From: a virus
Virus record (IMG/VR): IMGVR_UViG_3300037010_000365
Coordinates: 1-64,000 of that record
Direction: 5' to 3' (one strand)
DNA length: 64,000 nucleotides
Positions 10,336 to 20,430 of this stretch are shown here, one piece after another. The notes under the pieces are model-generated. The model was not told the DNA's origin and did not search any database. It saw only the letters and a program-made list of their open reading frames with translations. Made by a program: the position numbers and the translations under genes. Within the stretch, counting starts at the first letter, position 1, and each line of letters begins with the position of its first letter.

Positions 10336-11316
10336 ATGAGTACTCAGATCATAACAAGAACAGATAAAGGCGCAGAGCTAACCTTTACTGAAATGGATAG
10401 CAATTTTTTAAATTTAAAAGATGCTATCGATAATATTAGTCCTAATACTATTTTATCTGCGATTAGAACAGTCGGCGGGGTTGGTAGCGGTTTAAACGCT
10501 GAGTTCTTAGATGGTGTGCCGTTAACAAGCCTTCAACCGCATACAGTATCAGGTAATAATGTTGTAATCACACAATTGAATAGCTCGAAATGGATGTTCA
10601 ATCAAGATGAAACATTAACTGGTTTAATCAAAATCAATATAGCTAGCTTGTATGCTAAGACTTTGTCTGGTGGTATGTGTGTGCGCATAACTCAAAATAG
10701 TACATCTGATGGGGTATACCCGGACTTTAACCTTTATATTTCAGGTAATTGGAGCAGCTCAGATCATGCTTGGCATAATACAGAAGCTATTAATCATAAC
10801 GCAGCAGGTCAAAGCTTAAGTGTTAGATTTGCAACTGACGGGTTAGACGCTTTTATTTTAATTGGTAATACTAATACTGTTTGGAATTATCCAAGAGTTG
10901 TTATTGAAAATATAACTTCGAATGCAATTATTGTTGATTATACTCCTGATTTTAGCATCTCAGCCATTACGGATCTTACTGGTATAACGACTAGTAGCTC
11001 AATTAACGTTGCATCTGTTACGTCGAGCGCACCTGTTACAGTTACTGTTAGCAAGTATGCTGTTGGCGCTTTTGATAAGTATATTATCAATAACAATACT
11101 GGTACTGTTACCGTTACATTACCAGACGCAACTAACCATTCTGGTAGAGAATTGCATTTTAAAAATGTGCAAGCGCAATCAATTGTATCTAACGCTTCGA
11201 ATGTTTGTAGTATTTCGTACATCACACCAGCTACTAGCATCTTGGCCGCTGTGTTAGGTAAGTGGGCAGTTATGGTTTCTGACGGTACTAACTGGATTAT
11301 TATGAATGCCAACTAA
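10336..11316 (+). CDS. Tail-associated structural protein
   Basis: RTDKGAELTFTEMDSNF N-terminus, GSGLNAEFLDG motif, C-terminal VTVTLPDA..VSDGTNW domain. Confidence 0.6.
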   Translation: MSTQIITRTDKGAELTFTEMDSNFLNLKDAIDNISPNTILSAIRTVGGVGSGLNAEFLDGVPLTSLQPHTVSGNNVVITQLNSSKWMFNQDETLTGLIKINIASLYAKTLSGGMCVRITQNSTSDGVYPDFNLYISGNWSSSDHAWHNTEAINHNAAGQSLSVRFATDGLDAFILIGNTNTVWNYPRVVIENITSNAIIVDYTPDFSISAITDLTGITTSSSINVASVTSSAPVTVTVSKYAVGAFDKYIINNNTGTVTVTLPDATNHSGRELHFKNVQAQSIVSNASNVCSISYITPATSILAAVLGKWAVMVSDGTNWIIMNAN

Positions 11317-11337
11317 TGAATATGATAAAGATGGTTA

Positions 11338-11553
11338 ATGAATAACCCTCAATGTAGATGGCATGATGCTGATACTATTGTTGGTGCTGAACATGAGATC
11401 AACACTGATGGCGCCTTAAAGTTAGATAGAAAAGCTGATTTAGTTAATAGTAACCATATTTTAAAGTATTACATGAATTACGATCAAGATAATACTCAAA
11501 TTATCGTGCAGAGATTCGAGTGGCGCAATGAAATAAGAGAATTAACTGATTAA
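11338..11553 (+). CDS. Hypothetical protein
   Basis: 71 aa ORF in operon context. Confidence 0.4.
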   Translation: MNNPQCRWHDADTIVGAEHEINTDGALKLDRKADLVNSNHILKYYMNYDQDNTQIIVQRFEWRNEIRELTD

Positions 11554-11561
11554 ATAATTCT

Positions 11562-11569
11562 TATAAATA
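11562..11569 (+). promoter_or_regulatory. T4-type late promoter TATAAATA
   Basis: Exact consensus upstream of the 11616 ORF. Confidence 0.7.
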
Positions 11570-11615
11570 CAAATGTAACATAACACAATAAACATAACAA
11601 ATAAAGGAAATTATA

Positions 11616-12014
11616 ATGGCAACTTCTAATGCGTTTAGCGATTATGCAGAAAATGCTGTACTAAATCACGTATTTGGTGCAACAGCGTTTGTGCAACCGG
11701 TTAGATACCTAGGTTTATTCACTGCGGCTCCAACTGATGCAGCTGGTTCTGGTACTGAGATTCTTACAGGTTCATGGTACGTTCGAAAGATTATCACTTT
11801 TGATCCTGCGGTAAATGGAACGGTATCTAACAGTGCGACTATTGATTATGGTCAAGTAACTGGTTCAGCTGTTACTATCACTAACTGGGCCATCTTTGAT
11901 GCAGTTACTGGTGGTAATATGATTGCTTACGGCGACTTCGGTGGCGGCCAAACGGCTTCTCCAGGTAACAACGTAGTTATTAAAAACAACACCATCTCTT
12001 TCACACTTAACTAA
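11616..12014 (+). CDS. Phage structural (tail-associated) protein
   Basis: FSDYAENAVLNH..YLGLFTAAPTD..GTE..ITNWAIFDAVTGGNMIAYG, a widespread phage virion family. Confidence 0.6.
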   Translation: MATSNAFSDYAENAVLNHVFGATAFVQPVRYLGLFTAAPTDAAGSGTEILTGSWYVRKIITFDPAVNGTVSNSATIDYGQVTGSAVTITNWAIFDAVTGGNMIAYGDFGGGQTASPGNNVVIKNNTISFTLN

Positions 12015-12031
12015 AATAAGCTGTTAGTTAT

Positions 12032-13192
12032 ATGATACTCAACGGATCCACTCTAAACCAGGCAACACTTAACGGTTTGAGTGGGTCTTTTGTTTTAGAA
12101 TTAATATCTCAAAATACGTCAGCCGATTTAATATCTGAAGCTTCGTTGTATGTTGCGACAGTGTTACATGGAACCGCTCCAGCTACACTTTCATCTTCAG
12201 GTATATTATATATATCAACTAACTTGAGATCGTTAAGCCGTGCGACTCTTGTTTCATCAGGCGAATGGTCAACAGTATCAAGGCTATCAGGTAGTTCATC
12301 AGCGTCATTAACTTCTTATGGTTCATTGCGTGTTGAAGCTGCACTTTCTGGTTCGTCCTTAAGCAATCTATCGTCTACCGGTAAGTTGGAAGTTAATACA
12401 AGACTATCAAGCAGATCAACCGCGTCATTAACATCTTCAGCTTCATTGAAAGTCGGGGTGGAGTTGGTAGCTAGAGATGCTCAAGGATCATTAACTTCTT
12501 CGGGTTCGTTGAGAGTTGAATCAAGACTATCAGGCATAAGTTCTGCTAGATTAGATAGCAATGGTGCTATTATCACTGTTGCTTATCCACAAGCAACGGT
12601 GTCTTACGCTGAATTAGGCTCTTCTGGCGTTGTAACGATGAACGCTAACCTAATATCTAATCCAATAGCGTCTCTATCTAGTAGCGCATCTCTGAGTGTT
12701 GAATCAAGACTATCAGGTAGTTCAATATCTTCATTAACTTCTTCAAGTTTTATAACTATTGAAGAAAGATTGGTAGCTATCGATGTTCAAGGATCATTAA
12801 CTTCTTCGGGTTCGTTGAGAGTTGAAACTGCGCTTTCTGGTTCATCTTTCAGCAATATATCATCTACAGGTAAGTTAGCGGTTGAATCAAGACTATCAGG
12901 TGCGAGTTCATCTAGATTGGACAGTAATGGTATTGTATGCATAAAGGTTGCGTTATCAGGCCATTCTAGTTCTATCCTGGATTCAATCGGGGGTATTGGT
13001 GTTTACACTGTTTTGAATGCAACACCAACTAATATTAGCTTGGACAGTTCATGCGAATTATTAGTATATACAAATCTTGAAGCAGGATTATCTACATTAA
13101 ATATAACAAGTGAAGGTAGGTTCGGTGTGCTTAACCAATCATTATCTGATATCGTAATAATAGTTAATAAAAAAGAGGATATATATTGGTAA
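12032..13192 (+). CDS. Ser-rich repeat structural protein
   Basis: Recurring LSGSSxxxLTSSGSLRVE units; exact 39-nt repeat at about 12482 and 12788. Confidence 0.55.
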   Translation: MILNGSTLNQATLNGLSGSFVLELISQNTSADLISEASLYVATVLHGTAPATLSSSGILYISTNLRSLSRATLVSSGEWSTVSRLSGSSSASLTSYGSLRVEAALSGSSLSNLSSTGKLEVNTRLSSRSTASLTSSASLKVGVELVARDAQGSLTSSGSLRVESRLSGISSARLDSNGAIITVAYPQATVSYAELGSSGVVTMNANLISNPIASLSSSASLSVESRLSGSSISSLTSSSFITIEERLVAIDVQGSLTSSGSLRVETALSGSSFSNISSTGKLAVESRLSGASSSRLDSNGIVCIKVALSGHSSSILDSIGGIGVYTVLNATPTNISLDSSCELLVYTNLEAGLSTLNITSEGRFGVLNQSLSDIVIIVNKKEDIYW

Positions 13193-13461
13193 TCGCAAAC
13201 ATAACTCAGCAACCTATAGAGAAGCAAGATTACGATGTTAACTACAAGCTGTGGTTAGCCCCAGGCGATGCTATACTTACAGCAACAGCTAATGTGAATG
13301 TTGCTGGTTTAACTATCGACATTCTACCTCTTGATTCAAGAGTCAAGTTATGGATATACGGTGGGGTGAATGGCGCAAAATATAAGATCGAGTTGACAGT
13401 TACTACGGTTGGTGGTAGAGTTAAGCAAGACGAAATTAATGTTAGGATTAGGGAAGTATAA
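13186..13461 (+). CDS. Small phage structural/adaptor protein
   Basis: QQPIEKQDYDVNY..WL..VKLWIYGG..YKIELTVTTVGGRVKQDE family motif. Confidence 0.55.
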   Translation: MVIANITQQPIEKQDYDVNYKLWLAPGDAILTATANVNVAGLTIDILPLDSRVKLWIYGGVNGAKYKIELTVTTVGGRVKQDEINVRIREV

Positions 13462-15476
13462 TGAAATCACTTTTTACGAATAATGTATCAACTACACTAT
13501 TATCGCATATATCACAAACAGACACAACCATAGCTGTTTTAAATGCAGATAATATGCCTCAGCCTGGGTCGGATACTAATTTCTTCTTAACCATTGTTGA
13601 AGTTACCTATGGGTTGGAAACTAACTGGGAGATCGTTGAGGTTGTTTCGCGCTCTGGTGCAACTTTAACTGTAAATCGTGGTGTGGAAGGTACTTTAGCT
13701 AGAGCTTGGGATGCAGGCACTAAAGTTGAATTACGGCTGACTGCGGGTGTTGTTAATTACATTAATCAGCAGTTATTGTTAAAACAACCGGTTGAGTCTG
13801 GTTTAACAAGTATTTCTAGCTTACCTAACATAGTTGGTTTGGTAAAGAAAGCAACTGACGGTTCGTTTGTTCTAGATACAACTCTGTATACAGTAAATCA
13901 ATCGGATTCATACCTGTTGGCTAGAGAAAACCATACTGGTGTACAACCAATATCATCTGTTTCATCGCTACAAGGAGCGCTTGACACCTTAGCGGCTAAT
14001 GACAACTTAAAAGCCCCGCTGGCGTCACCTGCTTTAACAGGTACACCAACAGCGCCTACAGCTACAGCAGGTACAAATACAACTCAACTGGCTACTACTG
14101 AATTTGTGACTGCAGCAGATAACTTGCTATTATCAAACCACGTTAGCGCAGCAGACCCTCACCCGCAATACACCACTGCTGCGGAACTTGAGACTCGAAT
14201 AGCTGCGCTAGTAGCGTCTGCCCCAGCTGAGTTAGACACGCTTAACGAGATTGCAGTCGCAATTGGCAATGACCCTAATTTTGCAACAACTATGACTAAT
14301 GCCCTAGCTACAAAAGCGCCGCTGGCGTCACCTGCTTTAACAGGTACACCAACAGCGCCTACAGCTACAGCAGGTACAAATACAACTCAACTGGCTACTA
14401 CTGAATTTGTAACAACTGCTGACAACTTAAAAGCGCCGCTGGCGTCACCTGCTTTAACAGGTACGCCTACAGCGCCTACAGCTACAGCAGGTACAAGCAC
14501 CACACAACTAGCTACTACTGCTTTTGTTGTAGGCGAAAAAGGTGGTAGATTAAATTATTTAATTAACGGTAACTTTGATAAATGGGATTACGCTACAAGC
14601 CAGACTTCTACAGGATATAATTCGGATAATAGATGGCAAAACGGTCATAGTGGCTCAACAAAAACGCATTCGCAACAAACATGTGGTGATACAGAAAGAG
14701 CATTGTTCAATGCTATGTATTTTAGTAGAACATCAGTATCTAGTGTAGCAGGTACAGGGAATTGGGTTTCTAAGTGGCAAAGTATTGAGGACGTTAATAT
14801 ATTAGCGCGTAAAACTATAACGGTGTCATTCTGGGCTAAAGCAGACGCTAGTAGGAATATGGCTATTGAGTTTTTACAGGGATTTGGTACTGGAGGAAGT
14901 CCAAGTGCATCGGTTTTAAGTATTGGCTCTCAACTAGTAGCTTTAACTACAACGTGGCAGAAGAAAACCATTACAGTTGCTATTCCGTCTATTGTTGGTA
15001 AAACGATTGGAACAGCTGGTGTGCAAACTACAAATACCGGATTAGTATTTTGGTTTGATGCTGGTAGTGACCTTAATTCTCGTACAGCTAACTTGGGACA
15101 ACAGTCTGGCACATTCGATATTGCTCAAGTCAAGATTGAAGACGGTTCAGTTGCAACCAATGGTTGGCACCCATACGATGGTATATTTGGTGGAGAAATT
15201 ACAGCGTGTCAAAGATATTATGAAATAACACAAGTTGGTATTTTAGCAGCATTAACTGCGAACGGCTCTGCTTTTGGCGGAATTTGTAACTACACACGAA
15301 AAAGAATTGTACCGACAGTTACTTATTTAGCTGATGTAAATACATACAATTTCGCAACGGGCGCAGCAAATATTGATATTGTTGGAGTCACTTCATTAAG
15401 GGCATATAAGACAACGACTGCTGCTACCGGCCAGGGCTATTGGGAATCTAGTATATCTGTATCGGCAGAATTATAA
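13461..15476 (+). CDS. Tail fibre protein (paralog of 7158-8828)
   Basis: WEIVEV..LTVNRGVEGTLARAW N-domain; KAPLASPALTGTPTAPTA repeats; HVSAADPHPQY; APAELDTLNEIA; shared CBM-like domain. Confidence 0.8.
   Translation: MKSLFTNNVSTTLLSHISQTDTTIAVLNADNMPQPGSDTNFFLTIVEVTYGLETNWEIVEVVSRSGATLTVNRGVEGTLARAWDAGTKVELRLTAGVVNYINQQLLLKQPVESGLTSISSLPNIVGLVKKATDGSFVLDTTLYTVNQSDSYLLARENHTGVQPISSVSSLQGALDTLAANDNLKAPLASPALTGTPTAPTATAGTNTTQLATTEFVTAADNLLLSNHVSAADPHPQYTTAAELETRIAALVASAPAELDTLNEIAVAIGNDPNFATTMTNALATKAPLASPALTGTPTAPTATAGTNTTQLATTEFVTTADNLKAPLASPALTGTPTAPTATAGTSTTQLATTAFVVGEKGGRLNYLINGNFDKWDYATSQTSTGYNSDNRWQNGHSGSTKTHSQQTCGDTERALFNAMYFSRTSVSSVAGTGNWVSKWQSIEDVNILARKTITVSFWAKADASRNMAIEFLQGFGTGGSPSASVLSIGSQLVALTTTWQKKTITVAIPSIVGKTIGTAGVQTTNTGLVFWFDAGSDLNSRTANLGQQSGTFDIAQVKIEDGSVATNGWHPYDGIFGGEITACQRYYEITQVGILAALTANGSAFGGICNYTRKRIVPTVTYLADVNTYNFATGAANIDIVGVTSLRAYKTTTAATGQGYWESSISVSAEL
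14010..14530 (+). repeat. Three near-identical ~90-nt coding repeats in the tail fibre shaft
   Basis: AAAGC(C/G)CCGCTGGCGTCACCTGCTTTAACAGGTAC..GCTACTACTG at about 14010, 14312 and 14430. Confidence 0.85.
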
Positions 15477-15489
15477 AAAGGATTAAACA

Positions 15490-15918
15490 ATGTTAAATGC
15501 AATTGAAATCACATCAGTTAAAATCCAACCTAACGGTTGGTTATTAAATGGGAATATGACAGTTCCTGACGTTGCTAGTAATAAAGAACGAGAAGCTATT
15601 ATGGTTTGGATTGCGGCAGGGAATACTCCTCTTCAGCCAGACGCGCCAACCCAAGACCAACTCATCCAACAAGCCAAGGGAGCTGTTTATGCTTTGCTTG
15701 ACAAAACTGCCAAGCAATACGACTACCGCGACTTCGCAGAGGTATCACAGTTTGTAAATAGTAATGTATGGAAAGCAGAAGCAGATGGATTACTAGCATG
15801 GCAAGATACGGTTTGGACTAACGCTTACAAGTTACTAAAAAAGCATATTACAAGTGTTGATGACTTTGTGGCACAGTTGCCGAAGTTTGTTTCTAAAGCA
15901 GCAAGTATCCAGCAGTAG
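15490..15918 (+). CDS. Tail fibre assembly/chaperone-like protein
   Basis: Paralog of 8842-9258, directly after the fibre. Confidence 0.6.
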   Translation: MLNAIEITSVKIQPNGWLLNGNMTVPDVASNKEREAIMVWIAAGNTPLQPDAPTQDQLIQQAKGAVYALLDKTAKQYDYRDFAEVSQFVNSNVWKAEADGLLAWQDTVWTNAYKLLKKHITSVDDFVAQLPKFVSKAASIQQ

Positions 15919-16095
15919 CCATCCGCTATCATAGGGTAAAGACGAGCCACCTTGCTAAACAGGGTGGTAACTGAAACGACAATAATAGTTAATATCTAAA
16001 CGGTAAAGAATAGCCACGTATTGGCTATTCTTACATGTGGATGTTAATATTAATTTGCTTACTATATGAGTAAATTAATATTGAATCGATGTATC

Positions 16096-16103
16096 TATAA
16101 ATA
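16096..16103 (+). promoter_or_regulatory. T4-type late promoter TATAAATA
   Basis: Exact consensus before the holin-like gene. Confidence 0.7.
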
Positions 16104-16126
16104 ATAAAATTACACGGAGAATGTAA

Positions 16127-16402
16127 ATGGATAAAAGATTACTATTGTTGCTTATACCTGCTATCGCTATATTAGCGTTTGATTTGCCAATCTTGTTGAC
16201 TCTTGGGTATTCAATGGCTGCTATGTTGTTGATCGCAGCTGTATCACATCTTACAAGAAAAATAATTTTCCCTTATGTTGATATGGGCGTTTTTGCAGAG
16301 AAAGCGCTTCAGACCGCTAATGGAGCTGGCTTCGTGTTTGTGGGTGTAAGCTTTATAATTGGTATGATGATTTTAGGCTCTGCAATATGGCTGTCGCACT
16401 AA
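16127..16402 (+). CDS. Putative holin
   Basis: 91 aa with about three hydrophobic segments; overlaps the endolysin start. Confidence 0.55.
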   Translation: MDKRLLLLLIPAIAILAFDLPILLTLGYSMAAMLLIAAVSHLTRKIIFPYVDMGVFAEKALQTANGAGFVFVGVSFIIGMMILGSAIWLSH

Positions 16403-17022
16403 TACCATTGTTGGCTATTACTTATCTACCTATTCTACACGAAGAGCAGATTAAGCAATGGCCAACAGCGCCTTCAATTTCGTATCTAGCTGCGCAGATC
16501 GAGCAAGAAACTTGTGTATCCCTAAAGTCGTCAGGTTGTTGGAATCCTAGAACTGAGCTAAAGACTGATCGTGAATATGGGTTCGGTTTGAGCCAGATAA
16601 CAGTAACCAGTAAGTTTAATAACTTCCTTGAAGCTAAAAAGTGGGATAAAGCTCTTGCTGATTGGCAGTGGGAAGATAGATACAATCCGCATTATCAAAC
16701 AAGAGCTTTAGTTGTGTATATGAGAAACCTTAACAATCAAGTTAATGGAGCTTATGATATAAATAATCAATACGCATTTGCATTATCTGCTTATAATGGC
16801 GGTATGGGTGGTGTTATTAAAGATAGATCGCTCTGTAAAATGACGACTGGATGTGATTCTAGTTTATGGTGGGGTAACGTTGAGAATACTAGTCTGAAAG
16901 CAAAAATTGCGGTTAATGGGTATGGTCAAAGTTTCTTTCAGATAAATAGAGGATATGTTGTAAATATAATGAATGTACGCTATAAAAAGTACGATGAATA
17001 CCTAAATATTAAAATAGAATGA
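16387..17022 (+). CDS. Endolysin, lytic transglycosylase (SLT-like)
   Basis: AAQIEQET (catalytic Glu), GFGLSQIT, ALSAYNGGMG, NRGYV motifs. Confidence 0.8.
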   Translation: MAVALIPLLAITYLPILHEEQIKQWPTAPSISYLAAQIEQETCVSLKSSGCWNPRTELKTDREYGFGLSQITVTSKFNNFLEAKKWDKALADWQWEDRYNPHYQTRALVVYMRNLNNQVNGAYDINNQYAFALSAYNGGMGGVIKDRSLCKMTTGCDSSLWWGNVENTSLKAKIAVNGYGQSFFQINRGYVVNIMNVRYKKYDEYLNIKIE

Positions 17023-17038
17023 CGAGAATAATAACAAT

Positions 17039-17407
17039 ATGTCAGAAACATTAATATCTGATCGAAGAGTCGCTTCTGACCCTTACTTAGTTAATCGGTT
17101 ATCAGAGCTTGAACGCCGCATAGATAAAATCGACTTTACTCAATCTAACGCAGTTAGAGATCTTGATGAGCATGATAAAGAAATTAAAGCAGTTACTCAA
17201 GTCGCTGTTGAGCTGAAGCATGTAGTTGAGGCTTTTAAATTGTTTATAGATTCTCAGAAAGAAACTAATAAAATAGTAACTGAAGGCCTTAAGAAGTCAA
17301 CAGACTTTCAAAGCAGGTTTATCGTAGGTGGATCAATCATGTTTGTAATGTGGCAGATGTTTGGCGCTAAGTTATTCACCCTATTTACTGTGGCAGTGGC
17401 TCATTAA
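17039..17407 (+). CDS. Coiled-coil protein with C-terminal transmembrane helix (holin/antiholin-like)
   Basis: Heptad pattern then hydrophobic FIVGGSIMFVMWQMFG; lysis context. Confidence 0.4.
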   Translation: MSETLISDRRVASDPYLVNRLSELERRIDKIDFTQSNAVRDLDEHDKEIKAVTQVAVELKHVVEAFKLFIDSQKETNKIVTEGLKKSTDFQSRFIVGGSIMFVMWQMFGAKLFTLFTVAVAH

Positions 17408-17409
17408 TT

Positions 17410-17982
17410 ATGGAAGGATGTAAAATAGATCGTAGCGTCCACGACCTAGAAAGATCCATAAAAATACAAAAGTGGTTAGGCATTGTATTAACCTGGATGT
17501 TCTTAATATCGTTTACAACAGCTGTAGGAGTAGTTACTTATTGGAAACTTGAACCGGATCCATTGACAGTAACAGATACTGGTTCATGTTATAGTGTTTG
17601 CACAGAACGTCAATTCTCTTTCAGTAGACATGTTAAATCAACAAAAGACTTAAAGATATACATACAAAATAGATGGCATGATACCGATGGGTTCATGGAT
17701 TCAAATGACATTCCAGGTGAATTAGCACTTTCAAGTCCTGATTTTTATCCGTTGGGAGCTGGATTTGAAAATATAACGACTTTCGATAAACAAGTGCCAC
17801 ACACAATTCCAGTTGGGAATTACACGTACATTCCAAGTGCAACATATGAAGTCAATCCGCTTAAAACCATAACTAGACCTTTGCCTGCACAAAGTATACA
17901 AGTAGTGTGTGTGTTCAATGGGATGTTAAACCAAAATGATAATTACAGTAATATACGTTTGTTTACACATTATGGTGGGTAA
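17410..17982 (+). CDS. Membrane-anchored hypothetical protein
   Basis: N-terminal TM helix followed by a beta-rich domain. Confidence 0.5.
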   Translation: MEGCKIDRSVHDLERSIKIQKWLGIVLTWMFLISFTTAVGVVTYWKLEPDPLTVTDTGSCYSVCTERQFSFSRHVKSTKDLKIYIQNRWHDTDGFMDSNDIPGELALSSPDFYPLGAGFENITTFDKQVPHTIPVGNYTYIPSATYEVNPLKTITRPLPAQSIQVVCVFNGMLNQNDNYSNIRLFTHYGG

Positions 17983-18423
17983 ATTTACCTATTCAAATTG
18001 TTATTGATAATAACACTCAAGCTGAGGTATATAATGCCTATTATGCAGTATGACAATAAACAATCAATTAATTTCATTGAGTATCAATACAACTCTTCGC
18101 TAGAGATGAATCCTGAGTGGTCTGGTAGTATTGCTGGGTGCATAATGCTATTGGCTATAAAACACTAATGGAAAAATACGCTGAAAATGCGTTAAGATGG
18201 GCTAGTCGGTTTAATGACATTGATCATAATAAAAATGATGAGTTGATGAACTATGACTGTTCTTATCCATTACGGTTAAAGTATAGAACTGCTAATGATT
18301 ACTATTGGCAATGTTCAGCTTATAGCGCTTGGCCGACATGTCAAGAGATCACCCTAACGTTGATTACATAACGATCTTAGGCATGTCACTTCCATTTGTT
18401 TTCTACCCAAATAGGTAATTTAA

Positions 18424-19086
18424 ATGTCAAAGCTTTTTGCTCCTAGAAATAGATATATTGACCAAATTGGTACCAGTGATGAACAAGATTTATACTTAAG
18501 TTTATCAGGTGAGATCATATCTACCTTTGGGTTTGATATGGTTTACTTCCCTAGAGACGTATTTCATACCGATGATTTACTAGGTAGAACTGATGCTCAG
18601 TTTGGTAGAAACGCTACTTTGGTAATGTTGATTGAAGATCCTGGTAATGATGCTGATATATCAGGTCAAGCGGAAATGTATAATAAGTTTGGTGTAAAGT
18701 ACGAATACGATATTTCAGTGTCTGTAACTCAACAAGCGCTTTGGGAATGTTTTGGTGATGGATATACACCGACGAAGGGTGATGTGTTTCTAGTTAAGAA
18801 TCCAGATGACGTAAACAAAAACCTTAATATTCCGTTCACAGTAATGGATGTCGATTATATAAACTTAGAACAGTTCGGCGGTGTAAACGGTGTCTTTAAA
18901 CTCTCAGCAAAACCTTATGAATCAACTAATGAAGAGTTTGTGACCAATGATCCTCAATTACAAGAGCTGAAGAATTCATTCGATGCACAAGGCACATCAA
19001 GCTATAACGAATCTGATATTATTTCTGATTTAATGAAAGATATTAAGACGTTCAATCCAGATAATCCGTTTGCAAAAAGTTTTTAA
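18424..19086 (+). CDS. gp14: Neck protein gp14
   Basis: EIISTFGFDMVYFPR..DDLLG..YNKFG..PTKGD..NPDNPF. Confidence 0.8.
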   Translation: MSKLFAPRNRYIDQIGTSDEQDLYLSLSGEIISTFGFDMVYFPRDVFHTDDLLGRTDAQFGRNATLVMLIEDPGNDADISGQAEMYNKFGVKYEYDISVSVTQQALWECFGDGYTPTKGDVFLVKNPDDVNKNLNIPFTVMDVDYINLEQFGGVNGVFKLSAKPYESTNEEFVTNDPQLQELKNSFDAQGTSSYNESDIISDLMKDIKTFNPDNPFAKSF

Positions 19087-19097
19087 GGTAATAAATT

Positions 19098-19799
19098 ATG
19101 TTAGGTTTTGATTACTTCTATAATGAATCAATTAAGAATATGATTGTTACATTTGGATCGTTGTTTAATGAAGTATATATTTCAAGAGCAAGAAAAGATA
19201 CTAATTCAGTGTTGATTAAAGTTCCGTTGCACTACGGTGATCAATCTAAAGTATATATGTATAGTAAATCTGGTAACAACCCATTTAATTCAATTTGGCC
19301 TAGAATGGCGTTTGATTATGGTATCGGTGCAGTTGATGATCAACGTAAAACTAGCAGAACGATTATACATAACTTTGGCAAATCGGTTAATAACACTGGT
19401 GAATGGTCGTCACGAAACTTCATTCCGTATGATTTTACATTCAATTTGTATATTGGTGCAAGTGATATCCAGGACGGATTGCAAATTGTTGAGCAAGTAC
19501 TACCATTCTTTCAACCAGAATTAACTGTTAAGATCAGACCACTAAAAGATTTTCCAGATTTTATCGCAGATGTTCCTATTGAATTGCTAAGCGTTACTAC
19601 TGATTATGAAGCTGACGGTGAAATTGAAGCCAGGGAATATTATAACTGGACTCTTAGTTTTAATCTAAAGGGGTTCCTATTTAGTCCAGTCATTAAGGAT
19701 GCTTATAAAGTAATTGATGCTTATGACATTAACCTTAAAGACTTCAACTTACTACAACAGGATGCTAAGGATATGGTTGCTAAGAGTGGTATAATTTAA
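19098..19799 (+). CDS. gp15: Tail sheath stabiliser / tail terminator gp15
   Basis: YFYNESIK..FGSLFN..IKVPLHYG..PRMAF..PYDFTFNL..DGLQIVEQVLPFFQP. Confidence 0.9.
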   Translation: MLGFDYFYNESIKNMIVTFGSLFNEVYISRARKDTNSVLIKVPLHYGDQSKVYMYSKSGNNPFNSIWPRMAFDYGIGAVDDQRKTSRTIIHNFGKSVNNTGEWSSRNFIPYDFTFNLYIGASDIQDGLQIVEQVLPFFQPELTVKIRPLKDFPDFIADVPIELLSVTTDYEADGEIEAREYYNWTLSFNLKGFLFSPVIKDAYKVIDAYDINLKDFNLLQQDAKDMVAKSGII

Positions 19800-20182
19800 T
19801 GAATTTATTAATGTTTAGAATTCCGTTATGGATTGTTGGAGTTGTCTTTATAGCAATGTCGACACAGATAGTATCTCTTACATACGATCTAAACAGAGCA
19901 GCAGATAAATTAGATAAAGTCAATGAGATGTACACAACAGCTAAGAATAATAATGAGGTGTTAGTTGCTTCAATATCTGATCAAAATACTGCTATTGATA
20001 AGCTTAAGCAGTTGAGTGCGCTGCAACAAAAAGAATTAGATGCGAGAGTGCTAGAAGCTAATAGATTAATGGATCTTAATAACAAGGCCGTTAACACAAT
20101 TAATAATGTCAAGGTCGATACGACAGGTGAAGGGAGTATTAAATGGCTATCAGAACAGTCGCGTTCATTATCTCAATGGTAA
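19799..20182 (+). CDS. Inner-membrane spanin (Rz-like)
   Basis: N-terminal TM plus coiled coil; overlaps a downstream lipoprotein gene. Confidence 0.7.
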   Translation: MNLLMFRIPLWIVGVVFIAMSTQIVSLTYDLNRAADKLDKVNEMYTTAKNNNEVLVASISDQNTAIDKLKQLSALQQKELDARVLEANRLMDLNNKAVNTINNVKVDTTGEGSIKWLSEQSRSLSQW

Positions 20183-20430
20183 TAGCATTGCTGCTTTTGT
20201 CTGGATGCACCACTCAGCGTGAACCAGTGATTCGGGGTGTTAGAGTTGATGTACCTATCGCTGTTGAATCTCCGAGTGTCCCTGACAGACCTCTACCAAC
20301 ATTGCCAATAAGTGATATAACAGATGGCTCACCGAATGATGTTGTTGTTAAAAAGTATGCAACTAGCATTGTTATCTTAAAGAATGAGATAAATTGGTAT
20401 AGGTCTGTGATCTACAAGGATAAGCATTAA
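20143..20430 (+). CDS. Outer-membrane spanin lipoprotein (Rz1-like)
   Basis: Signal peptide with LLSGC lipobox; Pro-rich mature region. Confidence 0.7.
   Translation: MAIRTVAFIISMVIALLLLSGCTTQREPVIRGVRVDVPIAVESPSVPDRPLPTLPISDITDGSPNDVVVKKYATSIVILKNEINWYRSVIYKDKH

Noticed and set aside
7900-15476. Diversity-generating retroelement acting on the tail fibres
   Set aside because: Differences between the paralogous regions I compared are mostly synonymous and not adenine-specific, and no reverse transcriptase is present in the window.
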